A stretch of DNA of 64,000 bases from an uncultured Methylomirabilota bacterium (GTDB lineage: Bacteria > Methylomirabilota > Methylomirabilia > Methylomirabilales > 2-02-FULL-66-22). Position 1 is the first letter of the stretch, and every line of letters begins with the position of its first letter. The translations under genes were made by a program, and so were the position numbers. The notes beneath the pieces were generated by a model. The model ran no database searches and was not told the DNA's origin. It saw nothing but the letters and a program-made list of their open reading frames with translations. Where the stretch lies: contig OY970067.1 in the NCBI GenBank assembly GCA_963705305.1, positions 3,072,001 to 3,136,000 of the forward strand. Direction: 5' to 3'. Below, piece after piece: positions 1 to 10,255 of the stretch.

Positions 1-339
1 GTCGGCGAAATCGCCGAGGTTGTCCAGGCGGTTCCCGGCATCCCGGTGAAGGTGATCATCGAGACCTGCCTGCTGACCAAGGACGAAAAGATCATGGCCT
101 GCCGGGTGGTCCAGGACGCGGGTGCGGCCTTTGTGAAGACCTCCACCGGGTTCAACCCGGCCGGCGGCGCCACCGTCGAGGACGTCCGGCTGCTGCGGGC
201 GACGGTCGGACCCCGCTTCGGCGTCAAGGCGGCCGGCGGCATCCGCACCCTGGCCGCCGCCAGGGCCATGCTGGACGCCGGGGCCAACCGGCTGGGCACC
301 TCGGCCAGCGTCGCCATCCTGGGCGAGCTTCCGGCCTGA
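1..339 (+). CDS. deoC: Deoxyribose-phosphate aldolase (5'-truncated by window edge)
   Basis: Frame open from base 1; motifs [29 protein letters not shown]. Confidence 0.93.
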   Translation, partial: VGEIAEVVQAVPGIPVKVIIETCLLTKDEKIMACRVVQDAGAAFVKTSTGFNPAGGATVEDVRLLRATVGPRFGVKAAGGIRTLAAARAMLDAGANRLGTSASVAILGELPA

Positions 340-494
340 CGGTGCCGGCCTGGCGATCCTGGAGGTCTTCCTCCACGTGCCCGTCCGCTCCTTCTGTTGT
401 CCCCTCCGGCGGACAGGATGGGAAGTCGCCTCGGCGGATCGTGACATCCGGCCGGGGCGGCGGGCAGCGCTAAAATGTCTCGAGGCAGCGTCTG

Positions 495-1424
495 ATGAAG
501 CTGGTGCAGTTTCACCTTCCTGGAAAGGGGAGGCGAGTTGGGGTTATTCGCGGGGACCGGGTGCTGGACATCACGGCCCCCGAGGAAGGCTTGGAGTCGT
601 CCCTGGATCTGATCAGGCAGGGGAAAGCGGCCCGCGGAATCGCAACCCGCGCCGAGTGGCTGGCCAGACATCTCCGCCGCAAAGCCTTGGATTGGCCTTC
701 GCTGCAGCGAACGCCGTCGCGCCGGGCTCCGCACATCCTGATCCCGATCGAGCCGCCCGAGGTGTGGGGGGCGGCCTCCACCTACGCCCTTCGGCGGGGG
801 GAGGGCCTCGGCGGAGATTTACGAGGGCGTCCGGGTCCGGAGGGCGGGCCCCGCATGCTGAGCGACAGTCCGCGCCCCATCCTCTTCTTCAAGGCCACGA
901 CCTCACGTTGTGTGGGACCCTACAGCCCGATCACGGTCCGCAGCGATTCGCAGCGCACCCAGCCCGAAGCGGAGCTGGCGGTGGTCCTCGACGCCGAAGG
1001 GACCCTTCTGGGATTCACGGCCTGTAATGACGTGTCCGCCCGGGACCTGGTGGAGGAGAATCCGCTCTTTCTCTCCCAGGCGAAGATTTTCCGCGCCTGC
1101 TGCGCGCTGGGGCCCTGCTTGGTGACGCCGGACGAGATCGAGGATCCCTACGGGCTCCAGATCCGGTGCAGCATTCTGCGGGACGGCCGGACCATCTTCT
1201 CGGAAGCGGCCAGCACTGCCGGATTGCAGCACAGGCTGGAGGAGCTGGCCGGCTGGCTGGTGCGGGACAACCCCGTTCTTCCGGGGACCGTGCTCACTAC
1301 GGGGACGGGAATCTTCGTCCCGCCGGCGCTGGCCCTTCAGGACGGGGATCGGGTGGACATCGAGGTGCAGGGGATCGGCCGCCTGAGCAATCCGGTGAGG
1401 GGGGCCGCCAGCCGCCAGCCGTGA
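495..1424 (+). CDS. Fumarylacetoacetate hydrolase family protein (XylX/KdaD-like dehydratase subgroup possible)
   Basis: RPILFFKA, PEAEL, CNDVSARD..ENPL.L.QAK, TGTG motifs. Confidence 0.85.
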   Translation: MKLVQFHLPGKGRRVGVIRGDRVLDITAPEEGLESSLDLIRQGKAARGIATRAEWLARHLRRKALDWPSLQRTPSRRAPHILIPIEPPEVWGAASTYALRRGEGLGGDLRGRPGPEGGPRMLSDSPRPILFFKATTSRCVGPYSPITVRSDSQRTQPEAELAVVLDAEGTLLGFTACNDVSARDLVEENPLFLSQAKIFRACCALGPCLVTPDEIEDPYGLQIRCSILRDGRTIFSEAASTAGLQHRLEELAGWLVRDNPVLPGTVLTTGTGIFVPPALALQDGDRVDIEVQGIGRLSNPVRGAASRQP

Positions 1425-1483
1425 CCGCCCGACCTCGAACCGCAAACCTCGAACACCGATTCCCCGCCCCGTGGCCCCGCAGG

Positions 1484-1954
1484 TCAGAGTGATTTGCGGG
1501 GAGGCCGCATAGTCCGGCGGGGGCCGGCCGCCGGCTCATCGGGGCTGCTCTGTCGGGCCATGGCTTGAAGCCATTGCCCGAGGAGTGCTCCCACCGGCAG
1601 ATCCAGGATTTCGGACCGGTCGACCAGGCAGAGACCGTGGCGCGTACGGATAACGCGCCCGGCCACCCGCCGGGTCCACACGACGTCCGCCTCCACGCGT
1701 AGCGGTCCGATGCCTGTCTGCAGCTCGACCGCGAGGCGGGTTCCCGGCCGGAGGCGCCTCGCCAGTTCCACCGCGCAGCCTCCGCCCCCGACATTCGCCG
1801 TGCGACCTCGCCAGCCGAGCCTGGCCCGGCCGGCGACAAGGGTGCAGCGGACCGGGAGGGTGATAGAGAAACGGGGATGGCGTCGCGGGGTCGGGATGAC
1901 GGTCTTCCCGCCTCCGCCGCCACCCGAACGGAGTGCGTCATCATGCTTCGACAT
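1484..1954 (-). CDS. PilZ-domain protein
   Basis: RRHPR (RxxxR) motif, variant NVGGGG second motif, VEADVVW..HG beta strands. Confidence 0.75.
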   Translation of the reverse strand: MSKHDDALRSGGGGGGKTVIPTPRRHPRFSITLPVRCTLVAGRARLGWRGRTANVGGGGCAVELARRLRPGTRLAVELQTGIGPLRVEADVVWTRRVAGRVIRTRHGLCLVDRSEILDLPVGALLGQWLQAMARQSSPDEPAAGPRRTMRPPRKSL

Positions 1955-2263
1955 CGGCTTCCTCTGCGGCCCGGGATCCGGGGCCTTGCTGGACTGCGGT
2001 TGCCCCCTGTCTAGCCTGATTCGTCGACAAAGTCAACCCAGGCAAGAAAAGGCAAGAAAAGGGGGCGCACAGCCAGGCTGAGACGCGGCCGGAGAAAAGC
2101 CCTTGACGCTCCCCATGCAGGTCTCTACAGTAATTCCGCGGTGTCGGGAGTCCGAGCGGGGCGGTATCTGCGACACCTCCCCAGCGCCTCCCGCTGCAGG
2201 TCCGGGGGGCGCGTTGAGAGTTGAGGAAAGCTGGGGATGGATGACCGGAGAGGAGGGCATCGG

Positions 2264-2695
2264 ATGCGCTGGATCGGGATCGCCGCCGCCCTGGCATGCA
2301 TCCTGTTGGCCGCGGAGGCTCGGGCGGATACGATCTACCTGAAGAACGGTCAGAGCGTCTGGGGGACCGAAGCCTACGAGCAGGGCGACACGGTCGTCCT
2401 GGAGCGGCCCGGAACGACACTGCGCTTCCCCAAGGCCCAGGTGGATCGAATCGAGAAGGCGCACATCTCCATCCCGAAATACTACTCCCCGCCGGGCACA
2501 GAGAGCGCAGCCTCACCGGCCGCTCAGGCAGAAAAGGAATCCCGGATGCGTCCGGTGCCCCCGACCGCCCCCGGCGGCGCTGCAGAGGAGAGCAAGCAGG
2601 AGGGAGGCGAATCCCCCAAAGCGTCCGGCACGCCCCCTGCGACCTCGTCAAGCTCGGGCGGCAGCATTTCGGCTCCGTACGCCGCGCCGCGCTGA
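2264..2695 (+). CDS. Secreted hypothetical protein with low-complexity tail
   Basis: GGAGG RBS; signal peptide MRWIGIAAALACILLAAEARA followed by DTIYLKNG. Confidence 0.7.
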   Translation: MRWIGIAAALACILLAAEARADTIYLKNGQSVWGTEAYEQGDTVVLERPGTTLRFPKAQVDRIEKAHISIPKYYSPPGTESAASPAAQAEKESRMRPVPPTAPGGAAEESKQEGGESPKASGTPPATSSSSGGSISAPYAAPR

Positions 2696-2787
2696 GCGGC
2701 GGCCCTCCGGCCATGCAGGCGCCCCGGCGCCCGTCCCAGCCGCCGGTCGCGCCATGTTTCTTCGCTCCGGGCCCTCACCCCCGCCGT

Positions 2788-3879
2788 TCACACATTGAAC
2801 CGGATGAGCAGGATATCCCCGTCGGCCACGCAGTAGTCTTTCCCCTCGGTGCGGTGCAGGCCCTTCTTCCGGACGGCGGCCATGGTGCCGTAGGCCTCCA
2901 GGTCCGCGTAATTGACGACCTCAGCCCGGATGAATCCCCGCTCCAGGTCGCTGTGGATGGCCCCTGCCGCCTTGAGCGCGGTTGCCCCGGTGGGGATGGT
3001 CCAGGCGCGGGTTTCCTCTCCGCCTTCGCCGGTATAGAAGGTGATGAGACCCAGCAGGTCGAAGCAGGCCCGCAGAACCTCGGCGAATCCGCCCGCCTTG
3101 AGACCGAGGTCGTTGCGAAAGACCTCGGCATCCTCCGGAGAGAGTTGGGCCACCTCCCACTCGACCTTGACGCAGAGCTGGGTGGCGGCCACCCCCTGCC
3201 TGCCCAGCGCTGCCCCCAGGCGCGCGGTCGCGGCATCGGGCGAGCCCAGCCGAGCCTCCCCGACGTTGAGCAGGAGGAGCATCGGCTTGGCCGTGAGCAG
3301 GCCGAAGCCCCGCAAGGTTTTCGCCTCCTCCTCTGCGAGGACGAGATCGCGGATCGGCTTCTCCTCGATCAGCCACGCCCGGCAGCGCTTGAGGAGATCC
3401 AACTCCCGGATCGACTCCTCCTTCTTGATCTTCTTGAGGTCGGATTCCAGCTTGGCAATGCGCTTCTCCACGGTGTCCAGGTCGGCCAGGAGCAGCTCGG
3501 TGCTGACCAGGGAGGCGTCCCGCAGCGGGTCGGTCGTTCCCTCGACGTGCGCGACGCCCGGGTCCTCGAAGTCGCGCAGGACGTGCAGCAGGGCATCCAC
3601 CTGCCGCATTTGGCTGAGGAAATGGCTGCCCAGCCCCTCGCCTTTACCGGCTCCCCGCGTCAGGCCCACGAAGTCCATGAACTCGATGGTGGTGGGGGTG
3701 ACCTTCTTCGCATTGAAGAGCTTTGCCAAATGGTCCAGGCGTGGGTCCGGGACCTTCACCACGGCCACGTTCGGCTCCGCGTGGGCGTGCGGCCCCACGT
3801 GGACGCCGCCGGCCTGACACAGCAGGTCGAACAGGGTCGTCTTCCCGGTGGCGGGAAGCCCGATGATGCCTATGCGCAT
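2788..3879 (-). CDS. ychF: Redox-regulated Obg-family ATPase YchF
   Basis: IGIIGLPATGKTT P-loop, GEGLG, HSDLERGFIRAEV, EGKDY..DGD..IRFNV C-terminus; start trimmed to MRIGIIG. Confidence 0.95.
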   Translation of the reverse strand: MRIGIIGLPATGKTTLFDLLCQAGGVHVGPHAHAEPNVAVVKVPDPRLDHLAKLFNAKKVTPTTIEFMDFVGLTRGAGKGEGLGSHFLSQMRQVDALLHVLRDFEDPGVAHVEGTTDPLRDASLVSTELLLADLDTVEKRIAKLESDLKKIKKEESIRELDLLKRCRAWLIEEKPIRDLVLAEEEAKTLRGFGLLTAKPMLLLLNVGEARLGSPDAATARLGAALGRQGVAATQLCVKVEWEVAQLSPEDAEVFRNDLGLKAGGFAEVLRACFDLLGLITFYTGEGGEETRAWTIPTGATALKAAGAIHSDLERGFIRAEVVNYADLEAYGTMAAVRKKGLHRTEGKDYCVADGDILLIRFNV

Positions 3880-4225
3880 GACCGATGCTCCATTTACCCG
3901 CGGGAAATCCAGTGTAAAAACGGCGGGGATTGTCTCCGCCCATCCACCGCGTGTCAAGTCGCTTCTGTGTGGGCCGCTGGGCGGCCAGCCGATGGATCGG
4001 GCAGGGCTCCACCATAGCACGCCGGCTCGCGCCGCCGCAAGCTGGGCCTCCTTGGAAGATGCTCGATGGCGGCGGGGCGCGCTCGTCCGTGGCCCTGCTG
4101 CCGCCATTCGGCTGCTCACAAATGTCCACGGGACCGCTCCTGTCCGGCTTTCCTGGTTGAATTCATCATCGCCTGTGCTATCGTCGCGGAAAATCAGGGT
4201 CCAACGGTCTCGGAAGGCGGAAGAC

Positions 4226-4717
4226 ATGAAGGCCTACCTGGACATTGAAACCTGCGAGGGCGGACGGGTGACCGTGGTGGGGATCTACCGGGAGGATCGG
4301 GGGTTCCGCCAGCTGGTGGGCGGCCAGATCACCGACGTGGGTGTGTGGCAGGCGCTGGAAGGGGTCGACACTCTCTGCACCTTCAACGGGGACCGGTTCG
4401 ATCTTCCCATCCTGGAGCGGCAGACCCGTCTGGACCTGCGCTCCCACTTCCACTCCCTGGATCTGCTGCGCGAGTGCCGGCGGGCCGGTTTAAAGGGCGG
4501 CCTCAAGCGCCTGGAGCAGCAGTTCGGGATTGCCCGGACCACCCGCGGCTTGAGCGGTTGGGACGCCATGCAGCTCTGGGCGAGGTACGAGGGCCAGGGA
4601 GATCGCGAGGCCCTGGGGATCCTGTTGGAGTATAATCGCGAGGACGTCATGAATCTCGTGCAGCTCGAGCGCATCGTGGTGGGCGTGGGGCTAGAGCTGG
4701 AGACTCAGGGATCATGA
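4226..4717 (+). CDS. RNase H-like (YprB/RNase_H_2) exonuclease domain protein
   Basis: YLDIET, TFNGDRFDLP, GGLK, YNREDV acidic motifs. Confidence 0.85.
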   Translation: MKAYLDIETCEGGRVTVVGIYREDRGFRQLVGGQITDVGVWQALEGVDTLCTFNGDRFDLPILERQTRLDLRSHFHSLDLLRECRRAGLKGGLKRLEQQFGIARTTRGLSGWDAMQLWARYEGQGDREALGILLEYNREDVMNLVQLERIVVGVGLELETQGS

Positions 4718-4795
4718 ATGTCGAATGGCGAATGTCGAGTGTCGAGTATCGAACCGTCAACCTCGAACTTTGAACCGTGAACCGTGACCAGGACC
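4716..4795. repeat. Degenerate heptamer tandem repeats (GAATGTC / GAACCGT type)
   Basis: gaatgtc gaatggc gaatgtc gagtgtc gagtatc gaaccgt caacctc gaacttt gaaccgt gaaccgt; related tracts at ~1430-1457, ~7346-7380 and ~15445-15464. Confidence 0.8.
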
Positions 4796-4805
4796 TGACC
4801 GAGTA

Positions 4806-6188
4806 ATGCGAATCGCGTTTGCGACCGTCGGCTGCCGGTTGAATCAGTTCGAGACGGACGCCCTGCGGGGAAAGGCGCAGGCTGCCGCCCTGGACGTCGT
4901 GCCCTTCGATGCCGTTGCGGATGTCTACGTCATCAACAGCTGCACCGTCACGGCGGAGGCGGACGCGGACTCCCGCCAGCTGGCGCGCCGGGCGGTACGG
5001 CGAAACCCCGCGGCTCTGGTGGCGGTCACGGGATGTTATGCCCAGGCGGCCCCCGAGCGGGTGGCGGCCATCGCGGGTGTGGACCTGGTCCTCGGCAACG
5101 CCGAGAAGCCCGAGCTCCTCGACTACCTCCAAGCCGCCCGGAAGAATGGGCTTGCCCGCCTGGCAGTCGGGGCGGTGAGCGACCGCCGCCGGATGGATCC
5201 CTACAGCCCTGTTCTCGACTCCGATCGCACGCGGGCGCTCCTGAAGGTCCAGGACGGATGCGACTACCGGTGCAGCTTCTGCATCGTCCCGGCGGTGCGG
5301 GGACCCAACCGGAGCCATCCGCCCGAGCGCATACTGGACGAGATGCGACGTTTGGCGGCGGCCGGGTTTCCGGAGATCGTTCTGACCGGAATCCATCTCG
5401 GCACATACGGGCGCGACCTCCGGCCCGCCGTCACGCTAGCCCACCTGTGCGAGCAGATTGCCGGCCTCGCGGAGTCCCCGCGGATCCGGCTCAGCTCGCT
5501 CGATCCGCACGAGGTCACCCCGGGTCTGATCCGTCTCCTGGCAGACTCGACCCGGTTCTGCCGCCACCTGCACCTGCCGCTCCAGAGCGGAGACGAGGCC
5601 GTCCTGCGCCGGATGCGTCGGGGGCACACGGCGGGCCGGTTCCGGGACCTGGTGGAGCGCCTGGCCGTGGAGGTCCCCGGCATTGCCGTCACCTGCAACG
5701 TCATCGTGGGCTTCCCCGGAGAGGATGAGCGGGCGTTCTGCAGCACGGTGGACCTCCTGGAGGCGCTGCCCATCGCCGGTCTGCACGTCTTCGGCTACTC
5801 CCCGCGACCGGGCACGGATGCCGCCGGCTACGCCGGGCAGGTCCCCAGGGCCGTCACGGCCGAGCGAAGCCGGACGCTCCGGGCACTGGCCCTGCGCAAG
5901 GCCGAGGCCTTTCGTCGGCGGCAGGTTGGAGAGACGCTGGAAGTCGTGGTCCTTCACCGGGAGAGAGACGACGGTCTCCTGGAGGGCCTGAGCGGGAACT
6001 TTATCCAGGTCTGGTTCGAAGGGGATCCCGCGCTGCAGGGCGGTCTGGCCCGCGTGCGGATCACCGGCATGACCGGCCGGGGGCTGCTGGGAAGGCTGGG
6101 CGACCCCCCGGCGCTTCCGGCGGGGAATCTGGAGGATGGGGCGGCTGAGCATCCCACCGGCTCCAAAACGGCGGGGAGAACCAGTTGA
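4806..6188 (+). CDS. mtaB: tRNA threonylcarbamoyladenosine methylthiotransferase MtaB
   Basis: TVGCRLNQFET, NSCTVT, VTGCYAQ, KVQDGCDYRCSFC radical SAM motif, C-terminal TRAM-like region. Confidence 0.92.
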   Translation: MRIAFATVGCRLNQFETDALRGKAQAAALDVVPFDAVADVYVINSCTVTAEADADSRQLARRAVRRNPAALVAVTGCYAQAAPERVAAIAGVDLVLGNAEKPELLDYLQAARKNGLARLAVGAVSDRRRMDPYSPVLDSDRTRALLKVQDGCDYRCSFCIVPAVRGPNRSHPPERILDEMRRLAAAGFPEIVLTGIHLGTYGRDLRPAVTLAHLCEQIAGLAESPRIRLSSLDPHEVTPGLIRLLADSTRFCRHLHLPLQSGDEAVLRRMRRGHTAGRFRDLVERLAVEVPGIAVTCNVIVGFPGEDERAFCSTVDLLEALPIAGLHVFGYSPRPGTDAAGYAGQVPRAVTAERSRTLRALALRKAEAFRRRQVGETLEVVVLHRERDDGLLEGLSGNFIQVWFEGDPALQGGLARVRITGMTGRGLLGRLGDPPALPAGNLEDGAAEHPTGSKTAGRTS

Positions 6189-6273
6189 CAGCCCGAGGCC
6201 CGTCAGTTAGCGTCACGCGGAACCCGCGGGCGCCGGGGCGAGGAGCTCGGGGTCACACAGAGGGAGCGTGTCC

Positions 6274-7164
6274 ATGGCACACGAATTGCGCGGCATCATC
6301 CCGGCGGTGATCACTCCGTTCACGCCGGACGAGCGGGTGGACGAGCGGGCGTTTCGCAAGGTGTTGAATCTTCTGATTGACCAGGGGGTGCATGGCCTGT
6401 TTCCAGTGGGGACGGGCGGGGAGTTCTCGGCGCTGAGCCCGGACGAGAAAAAGCGACTCATGGGGGTCGCGGTGGAGGAGGCCCGGGGGCGGGTCTTCGT
6501 CATGCCCAATGTCGGGGCCGTCACCACGGCGGAGTCCGTGGACCTGGCGCGCCACGCCGAGGCGGTGGGGTGCGATGCCGTGTCGGCGGTCACCCCGTTC
6601 TTCCTCAAACCCTCCCAAGACGAGCTGTTCGAGCACTACCGGGCCATGTGCGCGGCGGTCAAGCTGCCGGTGCTGGCCTACAACATTCCCGAGCGGACCG
6701 GGGTGAGCCTGAGCATGGCCACGGTGGCCCGTCTGGCCCGGGACGTTCCGAATTTCGTCGGCATCAAGGACAGCACGGGGGACCTGTCCGGCTCGGCGGA
6801 ATTCCTGCGGGCCTGTCCGCCCGGGTTCCGGGTCTTTATGGGGCGCGACACGCTGATCTTCGGCGCGCTCCTGTACAACCTGGCGGGTGCCGTGGCCGCC
6901 ACCGCCAACGTGGCGCCTGGCCTGGCCGTGGGGATCTACAACGCGGTGCAGGCCGGCGACCTGGCCAAGGGCCGGGAGCTGCAGGCGCGGCTGGCCCCCG
7001 TGCGCAAGCTGTTCACGGTCGCCTCGCACCCCGGCGGGCTCAAGGAGGCCATGCTGCAGCTGGGGATGATCGACTGTGCGCGCTGCCGGCGGCCCACCCT
7101 GGATCCCACGCCGGCCCAGAAGGCCGAGGTGACCGCCATCCTCCGGGAGGCGGGGCTCCTGTAG
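6274..7164 (+). CDS. Dihydrodipicolinate synthase / N-acetylneuraminate lyase family aldolase
   Basis: PAVITPF, GTGGE, YNIP, GIKDS Schiff-base Lys; TTGACA promoter-like element at ~6185. Confidence 0.88.
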   Translation: MAHELRGIIPAVITPFTPDERVDERAFRKVLNLLIDQGVHGLFPVGTGGEFSALSPDEKKRLMGVAVEEARGRVFVMPNVGAVTTAESVDLARHAEAVGCDAVSAVTPFFLKPSQDELFEHYRAMCAAVKLPVLAYNIPERTGVSLSMATVARLARDVPNFVGIKDSTGDLSGSAEFLRACPPGFRVFMGRDTLIFGALLYNLAGAVAATANVAPGLAVGIYNAVQAGDLAKGRELQARLAPVRKLFTVASHPGGLKEAMLQLGMIDCARCRRPTLDPTPAQKAEVTAILREAGLL

Positions 7165-7343
7165 TAGCAGGCTGCTGAAAAAGGCCCATCTGCGGCGTTG
7201 GCGCGCTCGCGTTGTGCTGGGGCGTACGAGCGGAGTACGCCTCGCTCCTGCACCCATCCTCCGGATGGGTACCCGGCACGCCGCCTTGCATCTGGACCTT
7301 TTTGAGCAGCCTGGACGAAAGCAGGTATTTCAGCATCCTGCTA
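7165..7343 (+). mobile_element. MITE-like element, copy 1
   Basis: Terminal inverted repeats TAGCAGGCTGCTGAAA ... TTTCAGCATCCTGCTA plus an internal extra end TTTTTGAGCAGCCTG; homologous to 43381-43537 and 60370-60586. Confidence 0.85.
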
Positions 7344-7487
7344 GGGGTTCGACGGTCCGGATTCGCCGTTCAACGTTTCGTCGCGGGGGCTGTCTATCTA
7401 GAGGGGCGACGTCCGGGAAAGAGCCCCCACGGCTTCGGCAGCACGTGTCGAGTCTCGCATGGGGATCAGGGGACCGAGAAAAGCGCG

Positions 7488-9114
7488 CTACAGCATGCGC
7501 GCGTAATCGCCTGGATCCACGGGGACCTCGATCAAGGTGGGGCGATCGGACCGAAGAGCCATGGTCACGGCATCATCGAGCTCGGTCCATCTCTCGGTCC
7601 GCACCCCCCGGGCGCCGAAGCCCGGGGCAATGCCGGCGAAATCAATGGGCCCGAAGTCGACGCCCTGCGGCAGGACGCCCCAGCGCTCTTGATGCAGGCG
7701 GATGAGGTGCAGGCTCCGATCCGACAGGACCACGACGACGACCGGCAGGCCAAGGCGCACGGCGGTCTCCAGCTCCGCCAGGGCCATGGCCAGGCCGCCG
7801 TCCCCCGTCACCGCCACCACCGGACGGTCGGGTCGCTCCAGCTTGGCGGCGAGGGCGGCGGGCAGGGCGTATCCCATCGTGGAGAGGCCATGGGAGACAA
7901 GGTAGGAGCGAGGCTCCCAGGCCTGCCAGATCTGGCCCAGGAGCAGCTTGTGGGCGCCCGTGTCCACCGTCACGATGGTGTCCCGCGGCACCAGGGAGCG
8001 CAAACGGGTAAAGAGGTAAGCGGGTGACAGACCCGCCTGGGTCCGGGTCGCGGCGGGCGTCAGGGAGGCGATCAGGCGCTGTCGGAAGGCTCGCACCTCG
8101 TCGGGCTCCCAGCCGTGCCGGGCGTGGACTCGCTCGCGCAGGGCATCCAGGGTGGCGGGCACATCGCCGAGAAGCTCCAGGGCCGGCATGAAGCGCGGCT
8201 CCGCCAGGCTGTAATCGGCGATGGATAGAAACGGGGATTCCGTATAGAAGGGCCGAATGGCCTCGACGGGATCGAAGCCGATCCCGATCAGGAGATCGGC
8301 GCTCTGGAGGAAGCGCACGAACAGCTTGTCCCCGGCCATTCCCGTGCTGGTGGCGACGAACGCGGGGTGGTCCTCCGGGACGAGCCCCTTGGCCTTGGGG
8401 GTGGTGGCAACCGGGACGCCGGTCGCGGCCAGCCACCGCAGCAGGGCTGGGCGAATGGCCACGGCGTCTGCCGCGATGCCTACCAGGGCCAGGGGACGCC
8501 GGGCCTCGGCGATCATGGCGGCCGCCCGCGCCAGCTCTTCCTCGGCGGGCATCCCCACGAGGCGTGGCGGGAGGCGTGGCAGCGGTTGCCTCGTCGCAGA
8601 GGAGGCCGCCGGGCCCTCCTCCTGGCGCGCCAGGTTGCTGGGCACCGAGAGGTAGACGGGGCCGGGCCGGCCCGCCACTGCGAGGTCGAGGGCCGCGCTG
8701 GACGGCGGAGGCCGTGTTGGTGCCGGTCAGCGTGTGGCTCCACTTGGTGATGGGGCGGAACAGCGCCTCCAGCTCCAGCCGCTGGTGCGGCAGCAGGGGA
8801 GCGACGGTCGTGGGAACCTGGGCGGAGATGACCAGCAGGGGGGCCCGTTCGAGCAGGGCGTTGGCCACGCCGTTCACGAGATTCGTGGCCCCGGGTCCCA
8901 CCGTGGCCAGGGCCACGCCCGGCCTGCGCGTGAGCTCGCCGACGACGCCAGTCATCAGACAGGCGGCGTTCTCGTGGCGCGTGAGCACGAATTCGATCCC
9001 GAGATCGCGGGAGGCCGCCTGAATCTCCGCCAGCTCACCGCCCGGCAGGCCAAAGATGCGGCGCACGCCGTTGGCCTTGAGGGTCGCGGCGATGACGGAG
9101 GCGGTGCTGGGCAT
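7488..9114 (-). pseudogene. Thiamine-pyrophosphate-binding enzyme (acetolactate synthase large subunit-like), frameshifted near 8690-8700
   Basis: N-part (FGLPGG, RHENAA, GPGATN) and C-part (RPGPVYL, GDGG TPP motif) are in different frames; one extra base. May be a sequencing error. Confidence 0.85.
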
Positions 9115-9222
9115 GGGCGGTCTCCCGGAGCGCAAAAGGGGGATTTCTTCTAACATCCGAGGGGCGGCCTGTCAAGCCAAGCCCTCTCGGAGAGGTAGGG
9201 GCAAGATGCGGCGGGAGGCGCG

Positions 9223-10116
9223 ATGGCGGAACGGCTGATCGGCATCATCGGCGGCAGCGGGCTGTACGAGATGGAGGGACTGGAGGCGGTCCGGGAAGAG
9301 GTCGTGCGCACGCCCTTCGGGGACCCCTCGGACCGGTATGTCCTGGGGAGGCTGCACGGCCGGCCGGTGGCCTTTCTGGCGCGCCACGGCCGCGGCCACC
9401 GGTTGATGCCGTCGGAGCTGAACTACCGCGCCAACATCTTCGGATTCAAGGTGCTGGGGGCGGAGTGGATCATCTCCGCCTCGGCGGTGGGCAGCATGCG
9501 GGAAGAGGTCAAGCCGCTGGATATTCTGATCCCGGACCAGTTCTTCGATCGGACCAACGGGCGGCCCAGCACGTTCTTCGGCAACGGTCTGATCGCGCAC
9601 GTCAGCATGGCCGATCCGACCTGCCATGTCCTGGGGGAGATCCTGTATCGAACGGGGTGGCAGGTGGGGGCCACCATGCATCGGGGTGGGACCTACGTCT
9701 GCATCCAGGGTCCCCAGTTCTCGACCCGCGCCGAGTCGCGCATCTACCGGAGCTGGGGGGTGGACGTCATCGGGATGACCAATCTGCAGGAGGCCAAGCT
9801 GGCGCGCGAGGCGGAGATCTGTTACGCCACCATGGCCCTGGTGACCGACTACGACGTCTGGCATGCAACCGAGGAGGACGTGAACGTCGAGGCGGTGGTG
9901 AAGATCCTCCTCAAGAACGTCGAGACGGCCAAGCGGATCATCCGGGCGGCCGTGGCGGAGATTCCGGAGACGCGCGCCTGTTTCTGCGCGCATGCGCTCA
10001 AGGACGCCATCATCACCGCGCGCGATGCAGTTCCAGAGCAGGTGAGGCGCGATCTGGCGCCCATCGTCGGGAAGTACATGGGAGTCGGGGAGCCGAGGAG
10101 TCGGACAGTCGAATAG
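9223..10116 (+). CDS. mtnP: S-methyl-5'-thioadenosine phosphorylase
   Basis: IGIIGGSGLY, RHGRGH, NYRANI, GPQFSTRAES, GMTNLQEAKLAREAE, TDYD. Confidence 0.93.
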   Translation: MAERLIGIIGGSGLYEMEGLEAVREEVVRTPFGDPSDRYVLGRLHGRPVAFLARHGRGHRLMPSELNYRANIFGFKVLGAEWIISASAVGSMREEVKPLDILIPDQFFDRTNGRPSTFFGNGLIAHVSMADPTCHVLGEILYRTGWQVGATMHRGGTYVCIQGPQFSTRAESRIYRSWGVDVIGMTNLQEAKLAREAEICYATMALVTDYDVWHATEEDVNVEAVVKILLKNVETAKRIIRAAVAEIPETRACFCAHALKDAIITARDAVPEQVRRDLAPIVGKYMGVGEPRSRTVE

Positions 10117-10232
10117 TCGAGCGGTCGAGGGGCGATCGGCGGAGGCGCTGCGATGGGCCGATAGCCTTGTCGGCCGGGCGCGGCCCCCCGGGTGATCGGC
10201 TGCTGGGTATGTTGACCACTTGACCACTCGAC
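10082..10232. repeat. Octamer tandem repeats in inverted arrangement
   Basis: acagtcga atagtcga gcggtcga ... gttgacca cttgacca ctcgac; the left arm forms the mtnP C-terminal tail. Confidence 0.65.
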
Positions 10233-10255
10233 AGAAAACAGGGGGCTTTCAGGGG

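Noticed and set aside
6274..7164. Assigning the symbol dapA
   Set aside because: GTGGE replaces the usual GTTGE and there is no lysine-pathway context; only the family is supportable.
7040..7336. ORFs reading MLK...SRLLKKVQMQGG (also 43349-43618 and 60127-60579)
   Set aside because: Translations of the MITE copies, not real genes.
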